From Camelus ferus (Eukaryota): a stretch of DNA of 64,000 nt. Positions 1-12,599 of the stretch are shown in pieces. Each line of letters begins with the position of its first letter. The first letter of the stretch is position 1. The notes beneath the pieces are model-generated. The model did no database searches. It was not told the DNA's origin and was given only the letters and a program-made list of their open reading frames with translations. The stretch lies in NCBI RefSeq assembly GCF_009834535.1, contig NC_045697.1, positions 82,958,001 through 83,022,000 of the forward strand, read 5' to 3'. Both the position numbers and the translations under genes were made by a program.

Positions 1-865
1 TTTAAATGAGAGTTTTGGTAAAACAGATAAAGTACTTCAGAAGTCTGCAAAATCAACACTCATGCTGACATTTATTTTACAGAATCGTTTTCATTTCAGG
101 CATGATCATCAAATCACTTATTTGCATATTTCTCTCCACCATCTTTTTGTTACCACAGCATTTAATTTATATACATGGCATTGTGCAGACGCTCTGTGGA
201 TAAGATTGAAACTTAGACTTTGTGTGAAATAATCTTCAAAGACAGATACTTAAAAAAAAAAAAAGCTACTTATGTGCTAAAAAACAGCACTCTGCCAGTT
301 TGGTCTTTGTGGGGTCATGATTGTTACTTTTAACTAGTTCAAATGAGCAGAAAATAGTGGCTTTTTAGTAGAAATGGGATATAAAATTAATAATAACCTC
401 ACCTGTAAGCCTAATGTCTCACTAACTTGAGTTATGGGGTGTTGACTATATTAACTAATTTAAATGTTCTTTGAGATAAAGTATATACATGTTCCTAGTT
501 GAACCTGGAATGAGTCATGTATTTGCATAAGATCAGCATCTATCTATTCAGGAAATGTTATTCTGGACATTTATGATTAGCAAATTCCTTTTAAAGATTT
601 TTGCAATTGCTCTAGGCAGCAAAAGCTAAAGAAACATACAATTAAATGTGTTGGTCAAATCAATAAGACATCTGGGTAACACTTGTAATTAGATTGCTTA
701 AATAAATGTTTAATTTGTATGTACACAGTTGTTAGTTATTTGAAAGTCATTTAATCTAAGATAATTCATAGTTTTCTCTCTAGTTAACTGAGAAAGGTGG
801 TGCTATAAAGTATAGTTTTGCATTAGTTTTATTTAGGCATAGATGCTATTGGAATTTTTGGTATA

Positions 866-2313
866 TTTTTAAAATTGAAGTATAGTCTGTTTATAATGTA
901 AGTTTCTGGTGTACAGCATAATGCTTCACTCATATGTGAAAATACATATATTCATTTTCATATTCTTTTTCACCATAAGTTACTACAAGATATTGAATAT
1001 AGTTCCCTGTGCTATAAAGTGTAAACTTGTTTATTTTATATATACTAGTTAATATCTGCAAATCTTAAACACCCAATTTACCCCTTCCCACCCACTCCTG
1101 CTCCGGTAGCCATAAGCTTGCTTTCTATGTCTGTGAATCTGTTTCAGTTTTGTAAATTGCCTTTTTTTTTTTTTTTTTTATTTTTTAGATTCCAAGTATA
1201 AGTGATATATGGCATTTTTCTTTCTCCTTCTAACTTACATCACTTAGAGTGACATTCTCCAGATCCATCCAAGTTGCTGCAAATGGCATTATTTTATTAT
1301 CTTTTATGGCTGAGTAGTATTACATTGTATAAATATACCACAACTTCTTTATCCAGTCATCTGTCAATGGACATTTGGTGTGTCTCCATGTCTTGGCTAT
1401 TGTAAATAGGGCTGCTATGAACATTGGAGTGCATGTATCTTTTTGAATTAAGGTTCCTCTGGATACATGCCCAGGAGTGGGATTGTTGGATCATATGGTA
1501 AGTCTATTTTTAGTCTTTTGAGGGATTTCCTTACTATTTTCCGTAACGGCTACACCAAACTATATTCCCAGCAACAGTCCAACAGTGTAGAAGGGCTCCT
1601 TTTTCTCCACAGCCTTTCCAGCATTTATTGTTTCTGGACTTTTGAATAATGGCCATTCTGACTGGTGTGAGGTGATGTCTCATTGTAGTTTTGATTTGCA
1701 TTTCTCTGATAATTAGCAATATTGAGCATTTTTTTCATGTGCCAATCAGCCATTTGTACATCTGGAGAAATGCTTGTTTAGGTCTTCTGCTCATTTTTGG
1801 ATTGGGTTGTTTGGTTTTTGTTATTAAGTTGTATGAGCTGTTTATATATCCTGGAAATTAGGCCCTTATCTGTCTCCTCTTTTGCAAATACTTTCTCCTT
1901 CTCTGTAGGTTGTCTTTTTGTTTTGCTTATGGTTTCCTTTGCTGTACAAAAGCTTATAGGTTTAATTAGGTCCCATTTTTTTATTTTTGCTTTTACTTCT
2001 ATTGCCTGGGTAGACTGCCATAGGAGAACATTGCTAAGATTTATCTCAGATAATGCTTTGCCTATGTTTTCTTCTAAGAGGTTTTTAGTGTCTTGCCTTA
2101 TGTTTAAGTCTTTGAGCCACTCTGAGTTCATTTTTGGGTATGGTGTGAGGGAGTGTTCTAACTTCATTGATTTACATGCTGCTGTTCAGTTATCTCAACA
2201 CCATTTGCTGAAGACTGTCTTTACTCCATTGCATGTTCTTGCCTCCTTTGTCCTTTGTCAAAGATTACTTGACCAAAAGTTTGTGGGTTTATTTCTGGGC
2301 TCTCTATACTGTT
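866..2313 (-). mobile_element. LINE-1, young camelid-type subfamily, 5'-truncated (3' UTR plus ORF2 C-terminal part)
   Basis: Minus-strand ORFs 1778..2167 (MKLEHSLTPYPKMNSEWLKDLNIR...) and 1534..1719 ([25 protein letters not shown]...CW) are L1 ORF2 C-terminal peptides. The 3' UTR and ORF2 variants resemble the copies at 13686, 36227 and 56217. No clear TSD. Confidence 0.95.
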
Positions 2314-2427
2314 GTTTAAATATAAACAAGTATATTAAAATTTACCTCTCTTTTTTGACAATATAATAAGTTTAATCAAATACGTAGTTAAATCTGACTT
2401 TAGTATTGTCAAATTAATGGTATAAAA

Positions 2428-2631
2428 CAAGGGCTGACAAATTGTATGTAAAGAGCCAGGTAATAGGCTCAGCTTTGGGGGGGAGGGGGTGCACAGTTGC
2501 TATGGCAACCACTCAAATCTGCTGTTTTTAGCCGGAAATCAGTCGTAGGCAATATTTAATTAAGCGAACGTAGCTGTGCTGCCAGAAATTTTACTTAAAA
2601 ATAAAATTGGGCTGTAGTTTGTTGACCCTTC
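2428..2631 (+). mobile_element. MER58A-like hAT-Charlie non-autonomous DNA transposon
   Basis: Degenerate TIRs caagggctgacaaa ... tttgttgacccttc. Internal motifs (gtaaagagccag, gcaaccactcaaatctgc, gggctgtagtttg) match the recalled MER58A consensus. Confidence 0.8.
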
Positions 2632-5600
2632 ATGTAGAAACTAGCATTAAAATGAGCATTAATTAGAAGGTAATTTAGTGTCTAGCATATAGCCTTTTTG
2701 AGAGAATGTTCCAAATTTTTGTTTTAAATGAATTAAGAGAAGTGCATCTCTGTCTAAAAATAAGTTCAAATTATCAAGCATTACTTTAAAAATACTAGAA
2801 ATATTTAAAAAGCTTATCTGCTTGAGAGGCCAAGATCAAAATAGAAAAATATCAGAAAACAAGGCAATGCCAAAGATACTGCAAGTTGTCTATTTGCTCA
2901 TACTATTTGGTCTCCTGAATCTACTTTTTGAGTCTTGATCTTGTAACTACAGCTAAAACAAACATTTTATCGAGATAAATAATAAAAATTTGAGATTTTA
3001 AGATATTTAAAGATAATTTTGCCTCCCATAGGGTAACTTTTTCTATTGATAACTAGCCTGATAATTAGGCAATGCTTAATCAATTTTTTAAAGATAAATA
3101 ATGAGTAATATTGTTTTTTCCCTGCCAAATTTAAGTATTTCTAAATATATCATTGCTAACCAAAGTTTCAGGTAGCTAACAAAATTATGAGCACCCTATC
3201 ATTGAGGAAATGCATTTTCCCTCCCATTATAAATAATCAACTCATTTATAAAATATTGGACACCAATTATGGCTAAGCACCTGATATGACATCTATTGGG
3301 GACTAAAACTTAGAAATATCACAGGAAAAAGTGAAGGAAATTGTTCCCCAAATTCATTCCTCTTTTTAATGTTCTGTCTTCTCTATCTGGAAGGTCTTAG
3401 TCTCAGAAAGACAGAAACAAAATTATATCAAGTGTATTCAGTGGCAATTTCAAGAACAAGAACCTCAATCAATTTGTTTTAGGAATGGGTAAGCCATAGG
3501 TATAATATCTAGTATAAAATTTATTGGAGTGTGTTATGATACGCTTCAATATTTAACACATACTTAATTATTGAAAATCCAATGTGTCGCTATTGAGTGT
3601 ACTAAAAAAAATGGAAAATTTAGTGAAGCATGACTAATTTCCTCACCAGTTTCTCATTCCTTGGTGTGTGTGCGCGTGTGCATGCATTTTGTGGTGTTAT
3701 GACCACGGACTAGTTTCTTCTTCTTTGTCCTAGATGGGATAACTAAAAGATAAGTATAACTCACTATGTTCGGGATCATTTGACTATCACTGCTGTAAAT
3801 TAAGTAAGTAATTATGAACAGAACAACAGTCTCATCCTTGCATATGAATTTGCAGGAAGGGTACAAAATAAGTCAATGGGAAAATGTGATTTTGATGACA
3901 GAACTTCTAAAGCAACTGTTCTAGGGCTTCCTGAATTCCTCATAGAAAGTGATTTTCCATCTCTCAGAAACAAAATGGGAGGGCTTTTCCTCAAAACTTC
4001 TAGCTGCTCTTTCTCACCTCTCATCTCACTAACCAGTAGAGGAAAATAAATTATTTTCTTTAAATTCTACAAAATCCCTAGGCTGTTGCTAAATTGTTGA
4101 GTATGATTTTCTGTAGAGGAGACAAGATGTCTCATTCAGGAGCAATACTCTCAGCTGGGTCTACAGGCAGTAAGAGAGTAATATGAATAAGAACACCACT
4201 GTGAAAGTAATTATACAAACCTGAAAATATTCCAAGATAGTTTTAGGAACTGAAGTATTCCTAAAGGTCTAAAAAGCTTTTGGCCTCTTAGGAAGAATAT
4301 TGACCTTCATTAATTTACCCAACATACTTGAGGAAGCCTTTTTAAAAACCATCTGTCAGCCTGTTCTGAAAAGCCTCTTATTCGGGAAACACTTTTACTC
4401 CTCAGAAGGGATTCAAGAAGACAATAGGGACAAGAAAAAAATGCATGAAATATCAAAAATGAGCAAGAAAAGTGATGTTATTAAAAGTCAAGAAGAGCTT
4501 CTGAAGCTATAAAAAATTTTTTTAAAGTATTTTTTGAAAATATAATGGATGTGAATCATTTTTTCTTCATCCCCCATTTTCCTCTTCACAGTAATAGAAT
4601 TAAAAGCAAATGTTTACTAGAATGTCAAAACAAGGGAACTAAGTAGAAAATTCAGTTGAACTAGTTAGTTGGCATTAAGCTAACTAAATTTAGATTTTTT
4701 AATCTATAAAAAATTTTCACTAATATTTGATGTGTGTACTTGAGTGCACAGAAAACTGCTTGAAAGGGAGTTTGCAATACTAGACATTACAGATTATAAA
4801 AAGGCTTCATAGTCATCTCATATAAATTTTTACCCTCTATTCTATTTTCCAGGTTTCTATTCAATTATTATTATATATATATATCTGAAAATATACACAT
4901 ATATCTGAAAATATATATTAGCAAATGTGTGCTTTACCTTACTCTTATGATATTTAAAGTAAACTTTATAAATTAACATTTAGCATATAAAAGATCGAAA
5001 TTGATCATTTGAAAATTTATCTCTTTTGTAGATAACAACTTTATTGTCAACAATTAATACTCTGATCAAATTACTTTGTGAATTTGGTAACTTGTAATTA
5101 TTTTTTCTGTAACAAATGCAATTGATTCATAGATGATAATCCTTTTTTAAGCTTATAGACAACCCGTTTTTTGTTTGTTTATTAATCACTGAGCCAAATC
5201 AAGGTGTGGTCAAATAGATGAATTTAAAATATGTCATGTCACTTTTTCTGTACCAATATATTGTTCTCCATTGGTCTACTGTTACACATTTTTCTCTTCC
5301 TACAGTACATATAACTATCATCTATGGTCATTTCTTAATACTAAACTACAAACGTGGTACACAATTTCATCAAAAGGCTATGTTCAAAACTTGGGAGGCA
5401 AAGAATGACTTATGCATAGAGGTACTTGTGAATTCAGGAGTTCATGTGGGTTTTATTTCTCAGTTGAAGAAAAATTATTTGAAAGAAAAAGCAGACCTGA
5501 ACTTGAAGCAATGAATAGAATAATTTTTAGAAGGAAAAAAATGTGTTATGGGGATAAATAAACCTTGGTAGGTCAGATGTTGTGGAGGACTCTGTGGTGA

Positions 5601-7390
5601 CTCCTTCCAACCAGGTGGGAACGTCAGGAAACAGAAGATGGAGCACAGGAACAAGGACTAGGATGAGAATGCAAGGGACGTGGTGGGAAATGCAACGAGA
5701 GTAAGGTCCCAAAGACAGACATCAACTTTGCACCTTCATCTTCCATTTTATTTTCTCTGTGAAAGTCAGGATGAGGACCTGTCTTTGTCTTTCTGTATCG
5801 AAAATTCAGAGATCTCATTAACGAGAACAGTGAGAGTTGGCAACATTATAATTAAATCTCTCCCTGACTAGTAAGTTTAAGGAATAAAATGTTACAATAT
5901 TTCTGTCCCATTTGAAGTTTAATTCTTCTTACCAAAATGATGGCCAACTTTTCTGAATTTGTTTTTACTATAATATTTCCATTTCTTAAACCTCATTTGA
6001 ATTTCTTATTCCCCTTTATTGGAGTTCGATTATTCATTTTGTTCTTTTATGGTAAACATCAAGAATATTTACTATTTTTATTCATACCTATACCCCCTCA
6101 CACAATTAGTCTGATCTGCTTAAGCAGCTACTTAGCAAGAAAAATGAGGGAATCCCCACCATAAATTATGTGCTCATAATCTAAAAATGCCTAGTAGCTC
6201 GTGCAAATCTTTAACATTTCTCCCTCCAGATGGTGAGGTTTTTGAGACCAGAATATAAGCCAACATATATAATAGCTTTTGGGGTGGTGTAAGTACACTG
6301 TGATTAAATATGGAATGAATAACTACCAGATAATGTGATTAAATAATTCCCTATATAATAAATAACACATGCAAATCCCTTGATCTGACGCATACTTGTT
6401 TTGACTGCATACCATTAAGGGTCATTCAGATGGCTGCCAGCCAGTTCCCCTTGTCCATTTCCATTGAGATACCTTGTACTAGGCATGCACATTTTTACCT
6501 TTGAGATTTTTCTCCTTTTGGAGGATAATTTCTTTTGTATAACATAAACAGTTTTAAAGAAGTTGAATTTTTCCCTGAGCCAGATTTTCCCATCTTAAAA
6601 GTAAAATTTTCTCAGTGATAAAGCTGAGCACTTTTATATATTGTCCAGCATTCGTGTTCTGGTGTACGTGCATTTTTAAACCACTTAGTGAATCAACCAA
6701 TTGTGAAACACCATCTATTAAAATTCCATATATTTTCAAGTGGAGCATTAAATTTATCATACACAGACTAAATTAAGATAGGAGATCCAAGACTGAACAT
6801 AATGGATTAGCAAGAATGTGAAAGAAATCAATGATTCAGCATTTTTGATTAATAGTATATTCAATTTCTGCAAAACTGCTGGACTTTGATAAGAACATCC
6901 ATGTTTCTTAATATCACTGAATAATAAAGCTCTCTACAAGCCATCATACACTTGGTGACTGGCATTCCTAGCAAGATTCAGTATCATAAAGGTATACCTC
7001 AACTGTGAAAAGTACTATGACAGGCTGAACTCCAAGTATTTATTTCTCCCTCTCCATTAAATTAAGCCTGAATCTGTTCAGCTCCAGGAAAATATATTTT
7101 CTTTTAATACCCGTAAATTATATGCTCTTTGTAATCGAAGTTTTAAGAATTTTACAGTATGGGAATGAAAACTGTTCATCAAATTTCTCTTAACTTAATA
7201 GGGACCCAACCACATTAATAAATTATACACATGATTTTTCCAGTATAATGATAGTGATTACTTCCCTGTTTTACAACTTAAAAAGAGATGATTCATTTTA
7301 AAATGACTAAACACCAAAAAGCTAGCGTGGACATGATAAACAGTGGATAAAACTGATGGATTTCCTTCCAAAACTCTAGTGTGAAACAAG

Positions 7391-7955
7391 TGTATTTGTT
7401 ATGTGTGCTATGTGAAAAAACCATAACACACTTAAGGGCTTAACATGATACGCAGTTATAATTTCACAGTATTTGTGTGTCAGGAATCTGGATATAGCTT
7501 AGCTTGGTCCTTGGGTTCAGGGTCTCTCATGAAGCTCAGTCAAGGTATCACCAGGCCTTGGGTCTCATTTGAAGGCCTGATTGGTGAAGGGTTCAGTTCC
7601 AAACTCACTTACATGGTGGTTGGCCAGGATTCACTTGATTTTGGGCTGTTGGACTGAGGATATCGTTTTTTTTCATAACCCAGCTGGCTGTTGACAAGTG
7701 GCCACCTTTAGTTCCTTGCCACATGGGCCTCACTGGCATGGCAACTTGCTTCATCAAACCAGCAAGGGAAAGAGTATAAAGAGAACTTGCTAGATGGAAG
7801 TTATAAATCTCCTTCAGCCTAATCACAGAAGTGGCCCCTTTGCCATAGTCTATCTTAAGAAGCAAGTTACCCCACATCAGGGGAAGGGAATATACAAGAG
7901 CTTGAATGCCAGAAGGTTGAGCTCACTGGAGTCCATCTCAGAGTCTGCCACAACA
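7391..7955 (-). mobile_element. MaLR solo LTR (MLT1E/F-like)
   Basis: TG...CA ends (tgtatttgttatg ... ctgccacaaca). Contains MLT1 antisense motifs gtcaggaatctgg, ttccaaactcacttacatggtggttggc and ttccttgccacatgggcctc. Confidence 0.85.
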
Positions 7956-9199
7956 GAATGTTAACTGCAAGAGAATCTTTTTTCAGTTAAAAAGAGCAAC
8001 AACATTTTCAATATAAGACACATGTGTGCATATGTATGTGTGCCCATGTGTGTGGACGCATGACTAAATGATGTTTGGCTTTAATATTTAGAAGCTACAA
8101 GAGGACCATGTTGCAGGATTTCTTTTTTCTTATATTCCATGGTTTTTAAAATTTGATTATCCAAAGTCTATTCTTCATAGATGGTTTGGTGCTACAGTAT
8201 AATGAACAGGAATACATTTTGAAAATGTAGTTGAAGAAATAATGAGATCATGCATATGCTTTTAAAAAGTCAGGTCTCCATACTCCCAACAGGGACACCA
8301 TGTAGGAAGAACAAATGTCTAAACTGTAACACCAGGGAGAATTCTTACGCATTATTTACTGAAGCTACATAAAAGTAATAAAGGAAGTAATGATTCAAAT
8401 ACAATAAAAGAAAAATTGTGGAAATCTTCTAAACAGACCAAAGAGAATACTGAGTATCCTCAGTGGAAGCAAGGTGTGATGTGTGAGCTAACTAATTTGA
8501 TAATTTTTATATACTCCAAGTTTGTCACTGAGAAATTATATTAAAATTTATAGCCAGCTATTTTAAATTGCAATGAAAAGACACTTTAGTAAATTTTAGT
8601 AATAAAAAATTAAGGACATCTTTTAGAAATGAAAAGAGGTGGATATAGTTAAAATGTTAAATTATAGTTGAAACAAAGATCATAATCATAAAATGTAATT
8701 GTAAGAAGTTCATTATTTTGTACCCTGTGTTCTTTCCATTTCAAAATGTACATTATATATTTGCTATTAAAAGAATAAACAGTGAATGAACTAAGGTAAT
8801 AAGAAGTGTTACAAACTATACACTTTAGAGAATGAATTTTTCAAATATTCATTTTTTTGTTCTGTATATGCAATTTACTCTTTAAATCTCTGGACTAGTA
8901 AATTTTCTTTATAACATTAGAGGCTAATACAGTAATGGTCTTCAGTATACGAAAACCTTTACATTATGTAAGCATTCTTTGAATCATTAAATTGTAAGGT
9001 ATTCATTTGATAGCCTCTTATTAAACTTCTGACTATGTATATAAATTATGAATATAACTATAGATGGTTATCAATATTATATATTAAGTGGTGCAAAACA
9101 TCATGCATTATTATAAAAAAATGAAGCATAGATAGAGTGTACACCTAAGCACTTGGGATCACTGGCTGCTGCTGTTTTAACTCTTGAGTGGGAGGTGGA

Positions 9200-9365
9200 G
9201 TAACAGTGTAGTGGAGAGAGCATCCCCTGGGAATAACAAGAATTTCTTTAGCTATATGATACTGAAAATAAATCATCATATTTCTCTAGGCTATCTATGT
9301 TCTTTACATCTGTCAAATAAAAAGATGAATGGCCTCTATGACCCATTGTATGTATAAATCTTCTG
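9200..9365 (+). mobile_element. MIR-family SINE relic
   Basis: Head cagtgtagtggagagagca and core-like ttctctagg...tttacatctgtcaaataaaag; highly diverged. Confidence 0.45.
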
Positions 9366-11547
9366 AAACAGATCTTCATAGATCTACAAGAAACTATAGG
9401 GATTGTAGATATATTTTATTTTCTGCCTTGTGTTCTGGAATTCGGCTAAAAAGGTATTTGTCTGTCTTTTATTTTTGTAACTCATGCAAGGGAATAAATC
9501 CTGTATTTGAAGTCAGCTGTACACAGTGAATTATCGCCTAGAGAACATTTAAGAGCAGATTTGAGGGTGTAAAATACTGTAAAATAATAATGCAGATAAG
9601 AAAGCTTTTAGCATAACAGATACCATGATGATGACGACCCAAATGAGGTTTCAAATTTGTGGATAAATCCTTTAACAATGTTTATCTTTTGTATTGATTT
9701 TTACATACTATGTAAAATATACTGAGATAGTTTTTGTAAATATTGAGATGACAAGTAACCATAATAAGCTATCTATATTTTACACCATGTAATTCTTGAA
9801 TTGCCATTTCCTTCCTCAAAGTTACTTTATCCATATTCCAAAATATCTACGAAATGCAGAAGTTTTCTGGGAAAGTATTCTATCCTGCTATTATTTTAGA
9901 AGAGAAATAATAAGCAACCTTACTCTTTATTAATTAAGCAAAAAAGGATAGGAGAATGGCCTTAAAATTACTTCATCTCATCTTGGTTGTCAGAAGTATG
10001 AAGATTACATGTTATATATAATTTACAGTTGTACACATTGATGGTTTTATCCTCCAATGGATATATTCTGTTCTGTAAAACTCAAGCCATAGATAATTGT
10101 GTTTGGGGTTCTTAATAATAGAATTTATTTTCTCACTGAAATATCCCTTGAGGGGAGAAACACAGTATTTTATGTACATGATATGGTCATTTCCAAGTTC
10201 ACTTAGTGATTTTTATTTGCTTAAAGAACTCAGCTTTCTGGGTTAAATGTTGTCTTGACAGAAAGGAAATTTTTAAAATGAAAATTGTCAGTCTAACAGT
10301 TTTAAAAGTGAAATTATATTTAAGATGGTCTATTTCCTAGTAAATCATGATAAAGAAGAAATGTGGACATGTACCCCAGAAATATATGTGATACTGACAA
10401 CATACGCCTTACCCATCACTAAATAGATTTTCCCTCGTTATTGTATGCAGTGAAGAGTCTCATAACTTTCTGTTTAGAAAAACAACTGAGTCATTTCAAT
10501 GAAGAACCTGCAATGTAGATCTAATGGTTCTTTGGAATACAGAATTCTTCATCCTAGATTACATGCTAACACTGAATGGCTTTTACTCTGCCACATTGTT
10601 ACACTGTAATTCAGTGTGTTTAGTTTATCGCTTTAACCTATGTTGATATTCAAAACTGAAAGAGAAGAAAAAATCCATAGATTTTTGGAAAAGTAAAGAG
10701 AATATTTAATTAAAACTATGCAATCCTTAAAAAGCTACTTTATATAATACTACCATTAGCATTAAATTCTACAAATAGAAATTGATCTTAGACAGTAAAT
10801 CTATTTTGGTTCTGACTGACTCCAAAAAAGTTACAAATTTACACTGTACAATTTCACAGCTGAAACAAACAATAAATTTTTAAATAAATTAGAAATTATA
10901 AGCAACTGATATAGACATTAGAGACTTAGTATCACATGAAAATATCATAGCAGAAAAAAATTTTTTTTCATATGGCAAAATCACTGAAACTACAAAAGAA
11001 TCTACCTATTTTGATTATGAAATCTGGTGTTGGTTATGTGAAAAGAAAAATAAAGTCCTCAAACCTAAGTAATCAAGATATATGTATAAACCTGTGTTCT
11101 TGACTGATAGCCATTTACCTCTATAGATTAGCAGCTATAAATGAAAAATGGTTGCATTCCAAATTTCCATTTATAATTAAATTGTTTGCATCTCTACTGA
11201 TAATTTTGCACAGAAAAATTGTGCTGTTACATAATTCATAATGCAGCCAAAAAGGAAATCTTAGAATATTATATTACTAATGAGCATGTATCCTTTAGAA
11301 CCACCATTTGTTATATAGTGTTTATAGTTCATATTAATCAAAACGCGGAATCTCAACTTTAGTTAGATTCTAACTTCTTGAGCTAGGGAGACTTTAGAAA
11401 ATGTCTTATTGGGGATGTAGGTTATCATCCTGCTGGTATGCTCATTAATGAGTTAAATTAATTTTTAAGCAAATTCAGCCTAAGTGTTATGATAACACGG
11501 TTTGTAACTTTTTTTTTTTTTTTCAGCTGTTTAGAAAGCAAAACACC

Positions 11548-11823
11548 AGCCAAGCCACAGGAGAAGGGCATGTGCTCATGTCAGCAAACTCAAGTCATCC
11601 TACTCCTGGAGCCAGAATGGAGCTGAAAAAGCTTCCAGATAATTCTAGCTCCCAGCATTCAAGTCAACTCCAGCCTTTGATTCTTCCTATGGGAGGCTCC
11701 AGACTTCATGGAGGAAACAGTCATCCTCATCATTCATCCCCTCTCCAAATCTCTGAAACACAGAATTGGTAAGCATAAAAAATGTTTCTTTTAAAGGGCT
11801 AAATTTTGGGCAAACATAACTGG
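11548..11823 (+). mobile_element. MaLR LTR 3' part (MLT1H-like)
   Basis: Motifs ttccagataattctagctcccagc, gaggctccagac, cacagaattggtaagcataaaaaatg and ctaaattttgggg match the MLT1G/H 3' half. Confidence 0.7.
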
Positions 11824-12599
11824 TCTATGAGTTTACCGTTGATAAAAGACTTACTTCTCACTTAATGAAAGTAAAATATTTTTCTAACTCTAGGTATATA
11901 CTTTAAATGATCTTATACTACAGTAATAAGATAAAATAAATGATCTATCTTATCAGTATCCACACTAATAAGGCTAACCCAATTTTAACATAAAAAAGAG
12001 ATGAATGCCACCCTGATTCACACCAAAAAATTCTATTAATATTTTAAATGTGCCCGGGTGAATGATACAGAAACAGAAAAACTTCTCCAGAAACTACTAG
12101 CTCAGAATCATTTTTCTGTTAGAATCCAAGTACACACTATGCATTGGAATCTTTAGAGAAATCAAACTAACTGGATAATTGAGGTTTAAATTTTAAAAAG
12201 AGCTGTATGTCTTTCCCTTTTTATCAGATTGTATATTTTAATTTTTAAAATAAGATTTGTGTGTTTTTCATGAAGAGGTTAGGTAATCTGAATGTCCTGT
12301 CTTATACTTGTTTATAGATCATATAAGCCAATACTATTATTATATATTACTTAAAGTTAACAGTAGTGTATAATTTATTTATATTGAATTATTCTGGTAA
12401 GTTTTAATATTAGTGGTAATTATATACAATAGTGTTTGTGCTTAAATATAATTTCCAAGATCTTTAATTGACTTTAAGACTGTTATTTCTAAGCTTGTTA
12501 TTTTAAGATTTTATTTTGTCATCTTTCTTTTTAAATACCTTTCTGTTATAATTATAGAAAGTATCATTTATCATTCAGTTGGATTTATTTGCTTTTATC

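Noticed and set aside
1797..2366. Long hydrophobic ORFs (189 aa here, 178 aa at 36460..36996, 125 aa at 14524..14901, 112 aa at 21911..22249) resembling a membrane-protein family
   Set aside because: They are antisense frames of A-rich L1 ORF1/ORF2. Their similarity to each other reflects shared L1 origin, not a gene family.
4875..4918. Short tandem duplications and simple repeats (atatatctgaaaatata x2; ctacttagct x2 at ~51267; poly-T/A runs)
   Set aside because: Ordinary slippage products. There is no repeat-spacer array or CRISPR-like structure anywhere in the window.
5770..5870. Plus-strand exon-like segment ending CTA|GTAAGT (DEDLSLSFCIENSEISLTRTVRVGNIIIKSLPD)
   Set aside because: The acceptor has an intervening AG, the peptide is unrecognised, and it lies downstream of the stop of the other candidate.
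10560..10675. Strong minus-strand acceptor ttttttcttctctttcag
   Set aside because: All frames close within ~10 codons, and there is no recognisable peptide or convincing donor.
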